From: a virus
Length of the DNA stretch: 64,000 nucleotides
Virus record (IMG/VR): IMGVR_UViG_3300025646_000015
Location: 37,269-101,268 of that record
Strand: one strand, 5' to 3'
The notes below the pieces were generated by a model. That model did no database searches. It was not told the origin of the DNA and saw only the letters and a program-made list of their open reading frames with translations. Within the stretch, counting starts at the first letter, position 1. Each line of letters begins with the position of its first letter. Positions 1-9,228 of the stretch are shown here, one piece after another. A program made the position numbers and the translations under genes.

Positions 1-78
1 ATTAGCTCCTTTTCTCCTTCCACTTCCAGATTTTCTTGGAGTTCCATCTTTATTTAAAGTAATATTTCTGTTTTTCAT
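1..78 (-). CDS. 5' part of a small basic hypothetical protein (runs off the left edge)
   Basis: ATG at 78 reads MKNRNITLNKDGTPRKSGSGRRKGAN; sigma70 promoter directly upstream. Confidence 0.6.
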   Translation of the reverse strand, partial: MKNRNITLNKDGTPRKSGSGRRKGAN

Positions 79-85
79 AATAATT

Positions 86-114
86 ATTATGCCACAAAAA
101 TAACCATTAGTCAA
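86..114 (-). promoter_or_regulatory. sigma70-type promoter
   Basis: TTGACT-17 nt-CATAAT, 7 nt upstream of ATG 78. Confidence 0.65.
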
Positions 115-147
115 GTTTTTTTAAAAAAAAATAAATTTTTAAAAAAA

Positions 148-429
148 TTAAGATAAGAATGTGTCGGGGATTTGGTCGTGATCTATGAATGAACCGCTAT
201 TGTTGTCGGAAGATTCATAAATGATAAGATCGGGAGCTTTATCATTAGATTTCATTTTGTTTAAGAAAACAACGACATTTAATTCCTTCTCTTCGTCAGA
301 GCCTTTATTTAGTTTGATTAATCCTGAATAAAACTGTTGAGTCTTACCCTCTTTTCTCCAAAGAGCGCCAAGTTCACGCTTACGCCATTCAGATGTTGAT
401 TTATTTTCTGTGCTATGTGTATTATCCAT
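148..429 (-). CDS. DUF736-like small protein (possible nucleic-acid binding)
   Basis: ELGALWRK...VVVFLN..K.NDKAPD pattern; acidic tail. Confidence 0.55.
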   Translation of the reverse strand: MDNTHSTENKSTSEWRKRELGALWRKEGKTQQFYSGLIKLNKGSDEEKELNVVVFLNKMKSNDKAPDLIIYESSDNNSGSFIDHDQIPDTFLS

Positions 430-458
430 ATTATTTATATAATTGTTAATTTCGAAGT

Positions 459-487
459 ATTATAAATGAATTATAAAATAAAGTCAA
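459..487 (-). promoter_or_regulatory. sigma70-type promoter
   Basis: TTGACT-17 nt-TATAAT upstream of ORF 148..429. Confidence 0.75.
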
Positions 488-534
488 GTTTTTTTATTTC
501 TATTGATTTTTTTTTAAAAGAACTTATCATAAGT

Positions 535-1368
535 ATGAATCAAAAATATATGCATAGAACAGTCGCAAACTCCTTAGGTAGTGGGTTTTTTTCGTGTTGT
601 GGTAGCTTACTTGAGCTAATATTTAATTACAATAGGATGACTGGAGAAATCCCATTATTTGTAGATAACTCTTTTAGTTTTAGAAATTTCAAAACAATAA
701 AAAAAGAAAAAGAAGATATATTTTTTGATTTCTTTGATGAGCCGAAAGTTAGTAAAGCCAAAGTGGGGAAAATCAAAAACAAGGTTACGAAAAATATATC
801 TGAATTCAAGAAGTTTGAAAAAATTGAATTTGAGAAAATAAACTTTTTAATAAAAACATTTTTTAACCCAAGCGAAGAGATTAGAAAAATCAAAAAAGAA
901 ATAGAAGATAAGTTTAAAATTAATCCTGAAAACACTTGTTCTGTTTTATATCGAGGCAATGACAAAATAACCGAGATGGCGGAAACGAAAAAGTCTTGGT
1001 ATTTGAAAGAAATAAAAAAAATAAATAAAAAAGAGGAGGATTTAGACTTCTTTATTCAAACAGATGATTCCAGCTTTTTAGCATATGCAAAATCCTTTAT
1101 TTCAAAAGAAATAAATTATAAAACAGCAGGAGAATACATCAGATCATTTGATGATAAAACTCACTCTGTTAACACATTTTTTGGGACAGCAGAGGATTCA
1201 AGAATTAAGAATTACAAATACGCAAAGAATTTCTTAGCCATTATGATGATTATTGCCGAAAGTAAATATATTATTTGCAATTCAGGAAATGTAGGACTTT
1301 GGGCTTGTTTATTTAGGGGGAATGCAAAAAATGTGGTACAAAAGTTGCCCAAAAAAGTATTTTTATAA
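535..1368 (+). CDS. putative fucosyltransferase (NodZ/GT11/GT23-like)
   Basis: GSGFFS N-terminal motif, YRGNDK, FIQTDD, SGNVGLWA; start moved to ATG 535. Confidence 0.6.
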   Translation: MNQKYMHRTVANSLGSGFFSCCGSLLELIFNYNRMTGEIPLFVDNSFSFRNFKTIKKEKEDIFFDFFDEPKVSKAKVGKIKNKVTKNISEFKKFEKIEFEKINFLIKTFFNPSEEIRKIKKEIEDKFKINPENTCSVLYRGNDKITEMAETKKSWYLKEIKKINKKEEDLDFFIQTDDSSFLAYAKSFISKEINYKTAGEYIRSFDDKTHSVNTFFGTAEDSRIKNYKYAKNFLAIMMIIAESKYIICNSGNVGLWACLFRGNAKNVVQKLPKKVFL

Positions 1369-2124
1369 AATATGATTTTTGATTTCTAAATTTCTATTAT
1401 TAATCCTCATTTGCTTGAGGATATGTTTTTTATCTTCTAAGTAATCTTCTTGATTTAAATAAAGATTGGGATTCCATTTTATAAAAATTTTGTTAATTTT
1501 TTTGTACAAAGGTGAAGACAACAATGCATTAAGTAATTTTTTTTCATCCCCCTGCACATCAATTTTCATAACAATATAAGGATTAAAATAATCTTTAAAG
1601 ACATCAACCAACAAATTATGTATACCTATACATTTAACATTTTTAGTATCATACTTTACGCTATGAAAGTTTCCCCAATGATCAATATTTGCTATAGTGG
1701 AAGAACCAAATGGTTTGGTTTCGAAATGAGAACCTTTTGATCTTTGAACCATTTTAACTAATTTTGCTTCATTAAATCCACTTTGAGCCGAAACCCCTAA
1801 ATTCTCGTATGTAAAGTTTTTGAATTTTGGCAATGTGTTCGTAATGGGATATGATGCAAAAAATACAGATTCATCTAATTCATAACAACGAACATCCCAT
1901 GAATTATCAATACCAAAATCATTAACATATTTTTTAAGTCCATTAAAATTGCCAGAACCAATATCAATAAAAACTTTTTGTTTTTCGGTGTATTCAATAA
2001 TTGAATCTAGTAATTGTTTGCAATCGAATTCTAAGTTATTTTCATTCTTGAAGGATTCTATTGTTGATAGAATTTGTGATCTAATTGTAGTTTTAGTTTT
2101 TTGTATTTTTTGTTTTGTTTTCAT
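1363..2124 (-). CDS. FkbM-like SAM-dependent methyltransferase
   Basis: FIDIGS motif I, MKIDVQG.E. Confidence 0.6.
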   Translation of the reverse strand: MKTKQKIQKTKTTIRSQILSTIESFKNENNLEFDCKQLLDSIIEYTEKQKVFIDIGSGNFNGLKKYVNDFGIDNSWDVRCYELDESVFFASYPITNTLPKFKNFTYENLGVSAQSGFNEAKLVKMVQRSKGSHFETKPFGSSTIANIDHWGNFHSVKYDTKNVKCIGIHNLLVDVFKDYFNPYIVMKIDVQGDEKKLLNALLSSPLYKKINKIFIKWNPNLYLNQEDYLEDKKHILKQMRINNRNLEIKNHIL

Positions 2125-2716
2125 TGATTTTTTTATATTGAATTATTTTTTCACATAATTTATAGAGTTCATCTAAGCTCAAATCACCTTTTGCCGTATT
2201 TGCCGATTTTATGCATATACCTAAATTGCTTAGATCATTTGTTCCCCCTTTGGATGTAGGAATGATATGATCGAGGTTATATGTTTCAGGTTTATTTAAA
2301 TCTATTTTTTCTCCAGTTAAATAACAGACAGGATTATCTCCTATTTTATTCAACACATCTTGATAGGAATAATTAGAGGAAATGTTATTTACAAGTCCAT
2401 GCGTTTTATGCTTATTACTTCTTTTAAAAGTCTTGACTTTTCCTCTAAAAGATTGGTTGTCAAATTCTTCTTTGGAAGTTCTATTTCTAAATGCAGAAAT
2501 TTTTCTGAAAATTGATTTTCTGTTTTTAGTTTGAGACCGAACTCTTTCTTTTTCTGAACCATCTCCACAATGGTAACTAATTGTTGATTTAGAACAATTT
2601 AATATTGATTGAATTTCTTTGTAGCTTTTACCTTCTGATCTTAATTTTAAGATATCTTCCTTTCGCTTTTTATTATTTAAATTTTTTCTTTTTTTTGTCT
2701 GGAAAGTTTGGTTCAT
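2093..2716 (-). CDS. HNH endonuclease with N-terminal HTH (free-standing, homing-type)
   Basis: GKSYKEIQSILNCSKSTISYH HTH; CYLTG...LDHIIPTSKGGTNDLSNL...N.AK HNH motif. Confidence 0.85.
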   Translation of the reverse strand: MNQTFQTKKRKNLNNKKRKEDILKLRSEGKSYKEIQSILNCSKSTISYHCGDGSEKERVRSQTKNRKSIFRKISAFRNRTSKEEFDNQSFRGKVKTFKRSNKHKTHGLVNNISSNYSYQDVLNKIGDNPVCYLTGEKIDLNKPETYNLDHIIPTSKGGTNDLSNLGICIKSANTAKGDLSLDELYKLCEKIIQYKKINENKTKNTKN

Positions 2717-3088
2717 TTAAATCATTGATTTTAAAATATTAAATATAAAAGATGATGCTAGAAAAATTTCTTCTTTATCTGCTTGATTTATTATATCAAG
2801 ATTACATAAGTTTTCTAAATTTTCTTCGAAAGCAAAATACTTAATGTTTTCTGAAGGGTTATAAATATAGAAGCAATGAATTCCATGCTCGCAATTTTCT
2901 AGCAATAAAAAATAATTAGATTTGGATTCTTTGATTTTAAATGATGTGATTTTATTATATATATCAAGACATTTTACTGAAATATCATCAATTTCTGATT
3001 TTACAAAATTGCCTTTTAAATGATTTTTGTAAATTTCATTAAATACTGTCTTAAAATTTAAATTTTGTAAGATTTTAGTAATTTTCAT
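2717..3088 (-). CDS. hypothetical protein
   Basis: ORF in operon; GTGTAA motif 9 nt upstream of ATG 3088. Confidence 0.55.
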   Translation of the reverse strand: MKITKILQNLNFKTVFNEIYKNHLKGNFVKSEIDDISVKCLDIYNKITSFKIKESKSNYFLLLENCEHGIHCFYIYNPSENIKYFAFEENLENLCNLDIINQADKEEIFLASSFIFNILKSMI

Positions 3089-3102
3089 CAATATGATTTA
3101 CA

Positions 3103-3582
3103 CTATATCATATTGTTTGATCCTATAATTTGATACTTAATCCCGCTTTGAAATTGACCGAGTTTATTTCTTGCAGGGCAAAATTTTCCATTCTCATTTC
3201 TTTTCTCGAAACTAATGCGTAACCCTTTGTTCCAAGGAGTGTTGTTGGTTGAAAATCTTCCTTGACTGTCTCTGTTATCTGATTTATTTGGGGCAAACCA
3301 AGAATCTTTTGATATTTTATACAATTTATGTTTTGTGTTCGGATAACTTTTTTCCAATATCAACTCCCACTCTTTATCGCTTAAAACCCTTCCCTTATAC
3401 TTATTTTTATTTAAATGATATATTCTTATATTGGATATGGATATTTTTTTTAAATCTTTTTTAATTTTTTTTAAAAAAACTTCTCCAGCATGATCTTTAT
3501 TTGAAGCTTTAATAAAAGATTTCGCATGAAAATCAAAAGCTGAATGTATAATATAATATATTATGTATATATTTGAGTTCAT
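3103..3582 (-). CDS. hypothetical protein with NUMOD-like RD..GRF/PWNKG repeats; paralog of 7134..8000
   Basis: RDSQGRF, RNENGKF, RNKLGQF and TPWNKG motifs; N-terminal domain resembles 7134..8000. Confidence 0.55.
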   Translation of the reverse strand: MNSNIYIIYYIIHSAFDFHAKSFIKASNKDHAGEVFLKKIKKDLKKISISNIRIYHLNKNKYKGRVLSDKEWELILEKSYPNTKHKLYKISKDSWFAPNKSDNRDSQGRFSTNNTPWNKGLRISFEKRNENGKFCPARNKLGQFQSGIKYQIIGSNNMI

Positions 3583-4466
3583 TATAAATGTCGTCTTATT
3601 AGATATTTAGATAATGCATCCTTTAATGCTTCCTCTACTGTTCTAATCGGAATATATTTTTCGATTTTCGATGTATCAAGAGTGCAATTTGAGCGAGGAG
3701 CAACAACTTCTTGCATAAAATTATCTAAATTGCTGAAAAATTTAAATTCTTTATTTGGCTTTAAATGTTCTCGCATTAAATCAACTACTTCTTTAGTAGT
3801 AATACTACCTTTATTTGTTACATTGTAAATCCCAAATGGGACGTTTTGCTCGATTAAATCAATAGTATATTTTGCAAAATCAGCGCGATGAGAAAGAGAA
3901 TTACGCGCATCTAATAATTTATCGTAAGTTAATAATTTAGTTAAATAATTGCGTGGAGATTCGAATTCATCAAATGGTATGCGCAGTCTAAAAATATAAC
4001 TATCTGGAGCATTTTGCTTGATAATTTTTTCTGCGAGAGCTTTGGTTCCACTATAAAAACTACCATTTTGAAAATCAAAATTAGAAACATCTTCTTCTGA
4101 AAATTGTTTTTCATATCCAGTATAAATACAGCCCGAAGAAATATGAGTATATAAATACCCTTTATTTGCACAAAGTTGAGAAAAAAACGCGGGTAAAACT
4201 ACATTACCTTCAACTGCATCCGATTTGTTTAGCTCGCAAGCATCCACATTTGGTTTGCCAATATATCCCGCGCAATTAATGATGGAAACATTATAGTGTT
4301 TGACTGTTTTTTTGTATACAGTATTTGACAGCCAATTATCAAAAACTTTCATATTTGTATAGTCTACATCTGTGCGACTAAGGGCGATATAAGGTAAATC
4401 GCGAGACATTAATTCTTTTATTATAGCTTCTGCTATATAGCCATTTTTGCCTAATATTATATACAT
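3582..4466 (-). CDS. NDP-4-keto-6-deoxyhexose (rhamnose) epimerase/reductase, RmlD/UER1-like SDR
   Basis: ILGKNGYIA Rossmann motif, NCAGYIGKPNVDACE, SSGCIY, YSGTK catalytic motif. Confidence 0.8.
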   Translation of the reverse strand: MYIILGKNGYIAEAIIKELMSRDLPYIALSRTDVDYTNMKVFDNWLSNTVYKKTVKHYNVSIINCAGYIGKPNVDACELNKSDAVEGNVVLPAFFSQLCANKGYLYTHISSGCIYTGYEKQFSEEDVSNFDFQNGSFYSGTKALAEKIIKQNAPDSYIFRLRIPFDEFESPRNYLTKLLTYDKLLDARNSLSHRADFAKYTIDLIEQNVPFGIYNVTNKGSITTKEVVDLMREHLKPNKEFKFFSNLDNFMQEVVAPRSNCTLDTSKIEKYIPIRTVEEALKDALSKYLIRRHL

Positions 4467-4472
4467 AAAAAA

Positions 4473-5138
4473 TTAAAGATTATTGCGCACATGGTAAACA
4501 CATTCTCCAAAACCCCCATTATCCAATATACATTTATAAGAAAAAACTAATTCTAAAAATGACTCGTCAATGAACTTTATGTCATCAGAAGAAGTTTGAA
4601 AAATATTGATTGGTAATTTGAATTCCTGTTTAATTGAATATAAAATATTATTTATAATATCTTGATTGACAGAATAGTTGTGATCTGTGTATGAGTATCT
4701 ATTGTCTAATAAATCATTCGATCCGTAATGCATTGCAGCAACTATGGTTATCGAGGAAGTTTGGCTGTCTAAAAAGTTGTCTATTGAATGCATCAACCTA
4801 TCTCTATTGAAAATAAAACAATCTTGATGAAACTCATTATCTGTAGCAATATCCCCACATCTAATATTAACACAAAGATTGTTTTTGGCAGGTTTATAAA
4901 ATTTTTTTGAAATCGAAGCCAAAGACTCCCAATTTATTTCTTCAGGACGATTGATATCAATTGTTTTTAAATATTTAAACAAAATAGAATCTTGATATTT
5001 GGGGTCAGATAAAATTATTTTTCGATCATTTTTCCATCGCATCCCTCGGGCATAAATTAAATCTCCAATTCGATAGTGCTTATTACATTTGAGTAATCTT
5101 ATTTGTTCAAATAAATTTATTTTTTCAGAAATTGTCAT
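4473..5138 (-). CDS. putative GT11-like glycosyltransferase
   Basis: NIRCGD (HxRxGD-like) and GGFG motifs. Confidence 0.4.
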   Translation of the reverse strand: MTISEKINLFEQIRLLKCNKHYRIGDLIYARGMRWKNDRKIILSDPKYQDSILFKYLKTIDINRPEEINWESLASISKKFYKPAKNNLCVNIRCGDIATDNEFHQDCFIFNRDRLMHSIDNFLDSQTSSITIVAAMHYGSNDLLDNRYSYTDHNYSVNQDIINNILYSIKQEFKLPINIFQTSSDDIKFIDESFLELVFSYKCILDNGGFGECVYHVRNNL

Positions 5139-5141
5139 AAA

Positions 5142-5924
5142 TTAAATTGATGGGTTTTTTAATTTATTAAATATAATATATTTGTATATATCTGATCTTT
5201 TTGATTTTTTGCCAAAATCTTCAAGGAAATTATTATTCATGTTATTAACTCCTCCATGAATGTGAAAAAGATTATATGACTTTTTTATTTTAGCAAAATT
5301 TATATTTTCAGATCTAAATTCAAAGGTGATAGGTATACGCGAAAACACTTTTAAATGATGACACAAAAATTCAATTAAAAACATGTCATTTAATTTTTTA
5401 TCCTCCTTGTTTTGTAAGTTTATGTTATAAAATTCAGAAAATTTCTTAGATGTAGATTCGAAATCTTTGCTATTAAAAAAATCTTCAAAAAAATCAAGGA
5501 GTGTTTCGGAAGATTGTTTTGTCATATAACCACAAGATCCTGAGTTAGCCAAAATACATGCTTGGTTTTTAATTACAGAATCCGCCTTTTTAAAATTGAA
5601 AGATTGGTTGAATACATCGTAATCACACCATAAGCAATCCTCTTTGTTTTCTAGAACAAAATTGGTATAGGCATACCACCTTAAATAACAATGCATTAAA
5701 TATCTAGGATAATTTGGAGAAAATTTGTAAAAAGGGCTATTGAAATCTTCAATTTTTATATTTTTCAATTTTGAATTGGAGATAGCGTCTTTTTTTGACA
5801 AAACGATTGGATTCCAACCTTTGGATTTCCAATTTTTTTTCCATATATCAACAAGAACCAGACTGTCTTCAGACAATCTTAAATTATCTATAGGCTCATA
5901 ATAACAAATAACAGTTCTTTTCAT
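5142..5924 (-). CDS. putative GT-A glycosyltransferase (paralog of 14463..15263)
   Basis: WKKNW..GWNPIVL, CYLRW, DYD (DxD) motif, NDM, HIHG. Confidence 0.5.
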   Translation of the reverse strand: MKRTVICYYEPIDNLRLSEDSLVLVDIWKKNWKSKGWNPIVLSKKDAISNSKLKNIKIEDFNSPFYKFSPNYPRYLMHCYLRWYAYTNFVLENKEDCLWCDYDVFNQSFNFKKADSVIKNQACILANSGSCGYMTKQSSETLLDFFEDFFNSKDFESTSKKFSEFYNINLQNKEDKKLNDMFLIEFLCHHLKVFSRIPITFEFRSENINFAKIKKSYNLFHIHGGVNNMNNNFLEDFGKKSKRSDIYKYIIFNKLKNPSI

Positions 5925-5929
5925 TTTAA

Positions 5930-6469
5930 TTAAAAATTGTACCCAAAATGATTAATTACATCTTTATTTTCTTCATGAACTATATCAATCATTTCAGAAT
6001 TAAAAAAGGGCCGATAATCTGACGTTTTTCTAGTGCCGTGATGATCAAAATGAGGCATATTTACCTTTGGCAAATCAATATAATTTAATAATTCCTTATA
6101 ACCTTCTTGCATTTCTTCTAGCTTTATATGAAAATCGAGCTTCTCCCAATCTTTATATTTAAGCCTAGGCTCATTATAAAAAAAATCTTCAAAATCTTTG
6201 TATGGTTTTTTGTGCTTTATGCAATGATAATACCATGAAACCAACCTATCCCAGGGGTTTCGTAATACGGCAAATTTAAAATAATCATTAATGTTTAAAT
6301 TCATAGAGGAGATTTCGTTTTCCATATCAGAAAAACTTCTGTGAAACCCAGGGTCTTCTGGTTTGTAGCCATGTTTTTTAAGAACCCCCCATTTGATGGC
6401 TAAACGCATAGAGGTGCCGCCACATTTTCCGTAATGTAAAAATAGTATTTTATATTTATGCCATATCAT
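5930..6469 (-). CDS. sulfotransferase family 2 protein
   Basis: FLHYGKCGGTS 5'-PSB and RNPWDRLVSWY 3'-PB motifs; D...FGY C-terminus. Confidence 0.85.
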   Translation of the reverse strand: MIWHKYKILFLHYGKCGGTSMRLAIKWGVLKKHGYKPEDPGFHRSFSDMENEISSMNLNINDYFKFAVLRNPWDRLVSWYYHCIKHKKPYKDFEDFFYNEPRLKYKDWEKLDFHIKLEEMQEGYKELLNYIDLPKVNMPHFDHHGTRKTSDYRPFFNSEMIDIVHEENKDVINHFGYNF

Positions 6470-6472
6470 AGG

Positions 6473-7144
6473 TTATTTTGATCTAGATTTTTCCCTGCCT
6501 CCTCCAAATAAATAATTTATAGCTCTATTGCCTTTAGCCAAAAATTCTTTATCGCAATCTGCATTTATATCTATTTTGATATAAGATTTGATTCTATCAT
6601 ATATATCCATAATAGAATGAGAGATAGCTTGGTGAGTAACTCCTAACGCATTACCAAGCTCATCAAGAGTCTTACCTTGTAGGACAAATGGGAAAATATT
6701 TTTTTGGCGAGGAGTTAATATGTCACTATAATCCAATAACCATTTAATGATATTATTGTATTTTTCTGAATGATTTAATTTTGCGAAACTAGGATCTTCG
6801 GCACCTATAGTTTGACACATGTAATCAAAAATAGTTTTATCGCCCTCGTCACTTTTGACTAGAGAATCATCTTTTCTTTCGAGATATTTTTTATCTCCAT
6901 AAGCGAAACCCCCACTAGCAGTCCATTTAATAAAATTTCGACAAGTCATATGGGTAAATTTTCTAAATTCTGTTTCATTGTCAAACACTTTGTCAAATAA
7001 TTTGTTTATACAATAGTTGTTAATTTCAGAAATAATTTCCTCTACAGTTAACTTATGGTGAGGTCTCCTGTGTTTACTTACGATTTTAATCATGTCGTCT
7101 TGATATTCAGACAACCATTTTATATTCTGATCTTTATTTTCCAT
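6473..7144 (-). CDS. sigma70-like factor (region-4 HTH)
   Basis: LTPRQKNIF...GKTLDELGNALGVTHQAISH region-4 pattern; region-2-like EEIISE...F.KF...CRN. Confidence 0.6.
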   Translation of the reverse strand: MENKDQNIKWLSEYQDDMIKIVSKHRRPHHKLTVEEIISEINNYCINKLFDKVFDNETEFRKFTHMTCRNFIKWTASGGFAYGDKKYLERKDDSLVKSDEGDKTIFDYMCQTIGAEDPSFAKLNHSEKYNNIIKWLLDYSDILTPRQKNIFPFVLQGKTLDELGNALGVTHQAISHSIMDIYDRIKSYIKIDINADCDKEFLAKGNRAINYLFGGGREKSRSK

Positions 7145-8000
7145 AATTAAGACATTTTTTAACAGTTTGGTAATTGCATTTTAATTTTTCGCGTATCATA
7201 TGAAAAGTTGCTCCCTCTGACCTCATCTTTACAGCTTGAGGCGCGAGTCTGGCTATGCGAGCTTCTGATTTTTTTTGCCAAGCACTCTTAATTCCAGCAA
7301 TCCTTCTTTCATTGTTGGCTAAAGCATGAGCTATGCTAGGTGGGGGTGGGGGGAATTCTTTTTGCCAATCAACTTCAACAAATTTTTCTTCCATCAATTT
7401 ATACAAAGATCTAATTGGCATGCCCATTGATTTAGCTGCTCTAGTTCGATTATTGCCGTTGAGCGATAAATGTAGCTGAATTTTCTCTTTCATGCCTTCA
7501 CGCTCTTCTTTGGGCCATTCTATCCATTTGCCTCGCCATAACATATAAGGTTTTTCTTCTTTTTTAGCTGTATGAATGGGTCGAATCTTGTTACCCTTTT
7601 GAAAACCCACTCCCTTCTTGGGTGGAGTGCCTTTGTTAAAGCGGTTATTATAACCTTTAGGTCTAGTTTTATTATATTTAAATAAATGGTTGGCGAAATT
7701 AGGGAAAGATGCATCTCTGATGCATTGCCAGTCTTTAATATTCAATCTCAAGTCATGCATGGCTGTATCATGAGTTAACATAAATATTTGTAATGCCTTG
7801 ATTTTGTGAGAGGGGTTATCTTCTTTAACTTTTTTAGTTAAAATTTTTTTTGCTAAGTCAGCAGATCTAGCTTTAATAACAACACGAAAATCTAACTCAT
7901 TACCCTCGGAGTCATGCTCGGTATAATCTATTTTCCAATACTGATCGAAAGAGAATTTCTTTTTTCTATATTTAAATTGAGAATTTTGTTTTTTAGGCAT
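7134..8000 (-). CDS. putative DNA-binding protein with Fis-type HTH and C-terminal HTH
   Basis: NGNNRTRAAKSMGMPIRSLYKLM (HTH_8-like); GATFHMIREKLKCNYQTVKK; start moved to ATG 8000. Confidence 0.6.
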   Translation of the reverse strand: MPKKQNSQFKYRKKKFSFDQYWKIDYTEHDSEGNELDFRVVIKARSADLAKKILTKKVKEDNPSHKIKALQIFMLTHDTAMHDLRLNIKDWQCIRDASFPNFANHLFKYNKTRPKGYNNRFNKGTPPKKGVGFQKGNKIRPIHTAKKEEKPYMLWRGKWIEWPKEEREGMKEKIQLHLSLNGNNRTRAAKSMGMPIRSLYKLMEEKFVEVDWQKEFPPPPPSIAHALANNERRIAGIKSAWQKKSEARIARLAPQAVKMRSEGATFHMIREKLKCNYQTVKKCLNYGK

Positions 8001-8001
8001 A

Positions 8002-8223
8002 TCAATCTTCCAATGAGTCATCGACCTTTTTTTTGAATTCGGGGTTGCTATCGTATATCCCCATTGATCTGCCAATGGCATGAGAGAATCGATCAATGAA
8101 AATCACAACACCTATTATAATATAAAAATATATATTATATATACCTATTGAAAAATATAAGCAGGTTAATAAAACTATGTAAGGTAAATATTTATTCAAT
8201 AAATATTCTATCATTGCTTGCAT
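8002..8223 (-). CDS. small membrane protein (2 TM)
   Basis: hydrophobic stretches YLPYIVLLTCLYF and IYFYIIIGVVIF. Confidence 0.55.
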   Translation of the reverse strand: MQAMIEYLLNKYLPYIVLLTCLYFSIGIYNIYFYIIIGVVIFIDRFSHAIGRSMGIYDSNPEFKKKVDDSLED

Positions 8224-8224
8224 A

Positions 8225-8779
8225 CTATTCATTTTTAAATTCTCCATATACTTCATAATAATTAATTTTTGTTTTTGTTGATTTTAACAAATTTTGCCTA
8301 ATCCTAAATAATGTAGCAGTTATAGATCCAATAGGTTTATTTAGCGTTTTTGATATCTTCTTCATAGAGTAATTTTTTTTAAATCTTAAATTAGCTATTT
8401 CCTTCATGTGTTCTGGCAAATTTTGGTAAGATATATCCAAAGCTTCTTTTTCGTGCTTATGAGGCTCATAAGTGATAGATTCATCCATAATATCTTGAAT
8501 CAATTCGCTATCAAAAAAAATTTTATTTCTTTTCTTTTTGGTGAGAAAGCCCATTACTTGATATCTAGCAATTTTAAATGCCCATGTTTTAAGTTCCGCT
8601 TTATTTGGATCAAATAAGTCTTGTTTTTCGCAAAGAATTAGGTTTGTTTCTTGTAATACATCTTTAGCATCTTCATAATTATGAATTATAGATAATATAA
8701 AAGAAAGTAATGAATTTTGAATTTTTGCAACCTCCAAATCAAAGAAAAAAGGTGGACCTTTATAAGTTTTGTCTTTCAC
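8225..8779 (-). CDS. ECF sigma-70 factor, Rhodopirellula/Verrucomicrobium-type
   Basis: DAKDVLQETNLIL, WAFKIARYQV, LP...KEIANLRF...SMKKIS...TLFRIR. Confidence 0.85.
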   Translation of the reverse strand: MKDKTYKGPPFFFDLEVAKIQNSLLSFILSIIHNYEDAKDVLQETNLILCEKQDLFDPNKAELKTWAFKIARYQVMGFLTKKKRNKIFFDSELIQDIMDESITYEPHKHEKEALDISYQNLPEHMKEIANLRFKKNYSMKKISKTLNKPIGSITATLFRIRQNLLKSTKTKINYYEVYGEFKNE

Positions 8780-8975
8780 TCCACTTTCCTGAATAAGGAT
8801 TAAATTTTTCTATATATATATTTTGAACAATAAGACCCTTTTTCTTTAACATCGATTCGTGCGAATCTAAAGCTTCTTTAGAGTTTTTTGCCATAAAGTA
8901 ATGATAACTATCCATAACTGAATGATATGATCCTGCATTATATTTGATGCGATACTCAAAGAGTTTTTCAGCCAA
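8760..8975 (-). CDS. hypothetical protein
   Basis: probable TTG start at 8975 overlapping the upstream stop; in operon. Confidence 0.5.
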   Translation of the reverse strand: MAEKLFEYRIKYNAGSYHSVMDSYHYFMAKNSKEALDSHESMLKKKGLIVQNIYIEKFNPYSGKWSERQNL

Positions 8976-9153
8976 TTTTTTCTTCTTCTTCATCCATCCA
9001 ATAAATGTCATCAAATAAAACGAATTTATATTCATCTTCTAATTCCAATTCAACCCCAACGGGCTGACCTGCAGAAACAACAATGTCATTTTCTTTATAA
9101 AAGAATTCTTCGTAGTCTGATGCAAAAACTATTTGACAAGATTTTATATTCAT
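8968..9153 (-). CDS. small acidic hypothetical protein
   Basis: first ORF downstream of a consensus sigma70 promoter. Confidence 0.55.
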   Translation of the reverse strand: MNIKSCQIVFASDYEEFFYKENDIVVSAGQPVGVELELEDEYKFVLFDDIYWMDEEEEKIG

Positions 9154-9184
9154 ATTTTATATATTGTTTTATTATTATGAAATA

Positions 9185-9213
9185 ATCTTAACCCAAAATT
9201 TACAAAATGTCAA
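9185..9213 (-). promoter_or_regulatory. sigma70-type promoter of the sigma-factor cassette
   Basis: TTGACA-17 nt-TAAGAT. Confidence 0.75.
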
Positions 9214-9228
9214 GTATATTTAATATTA

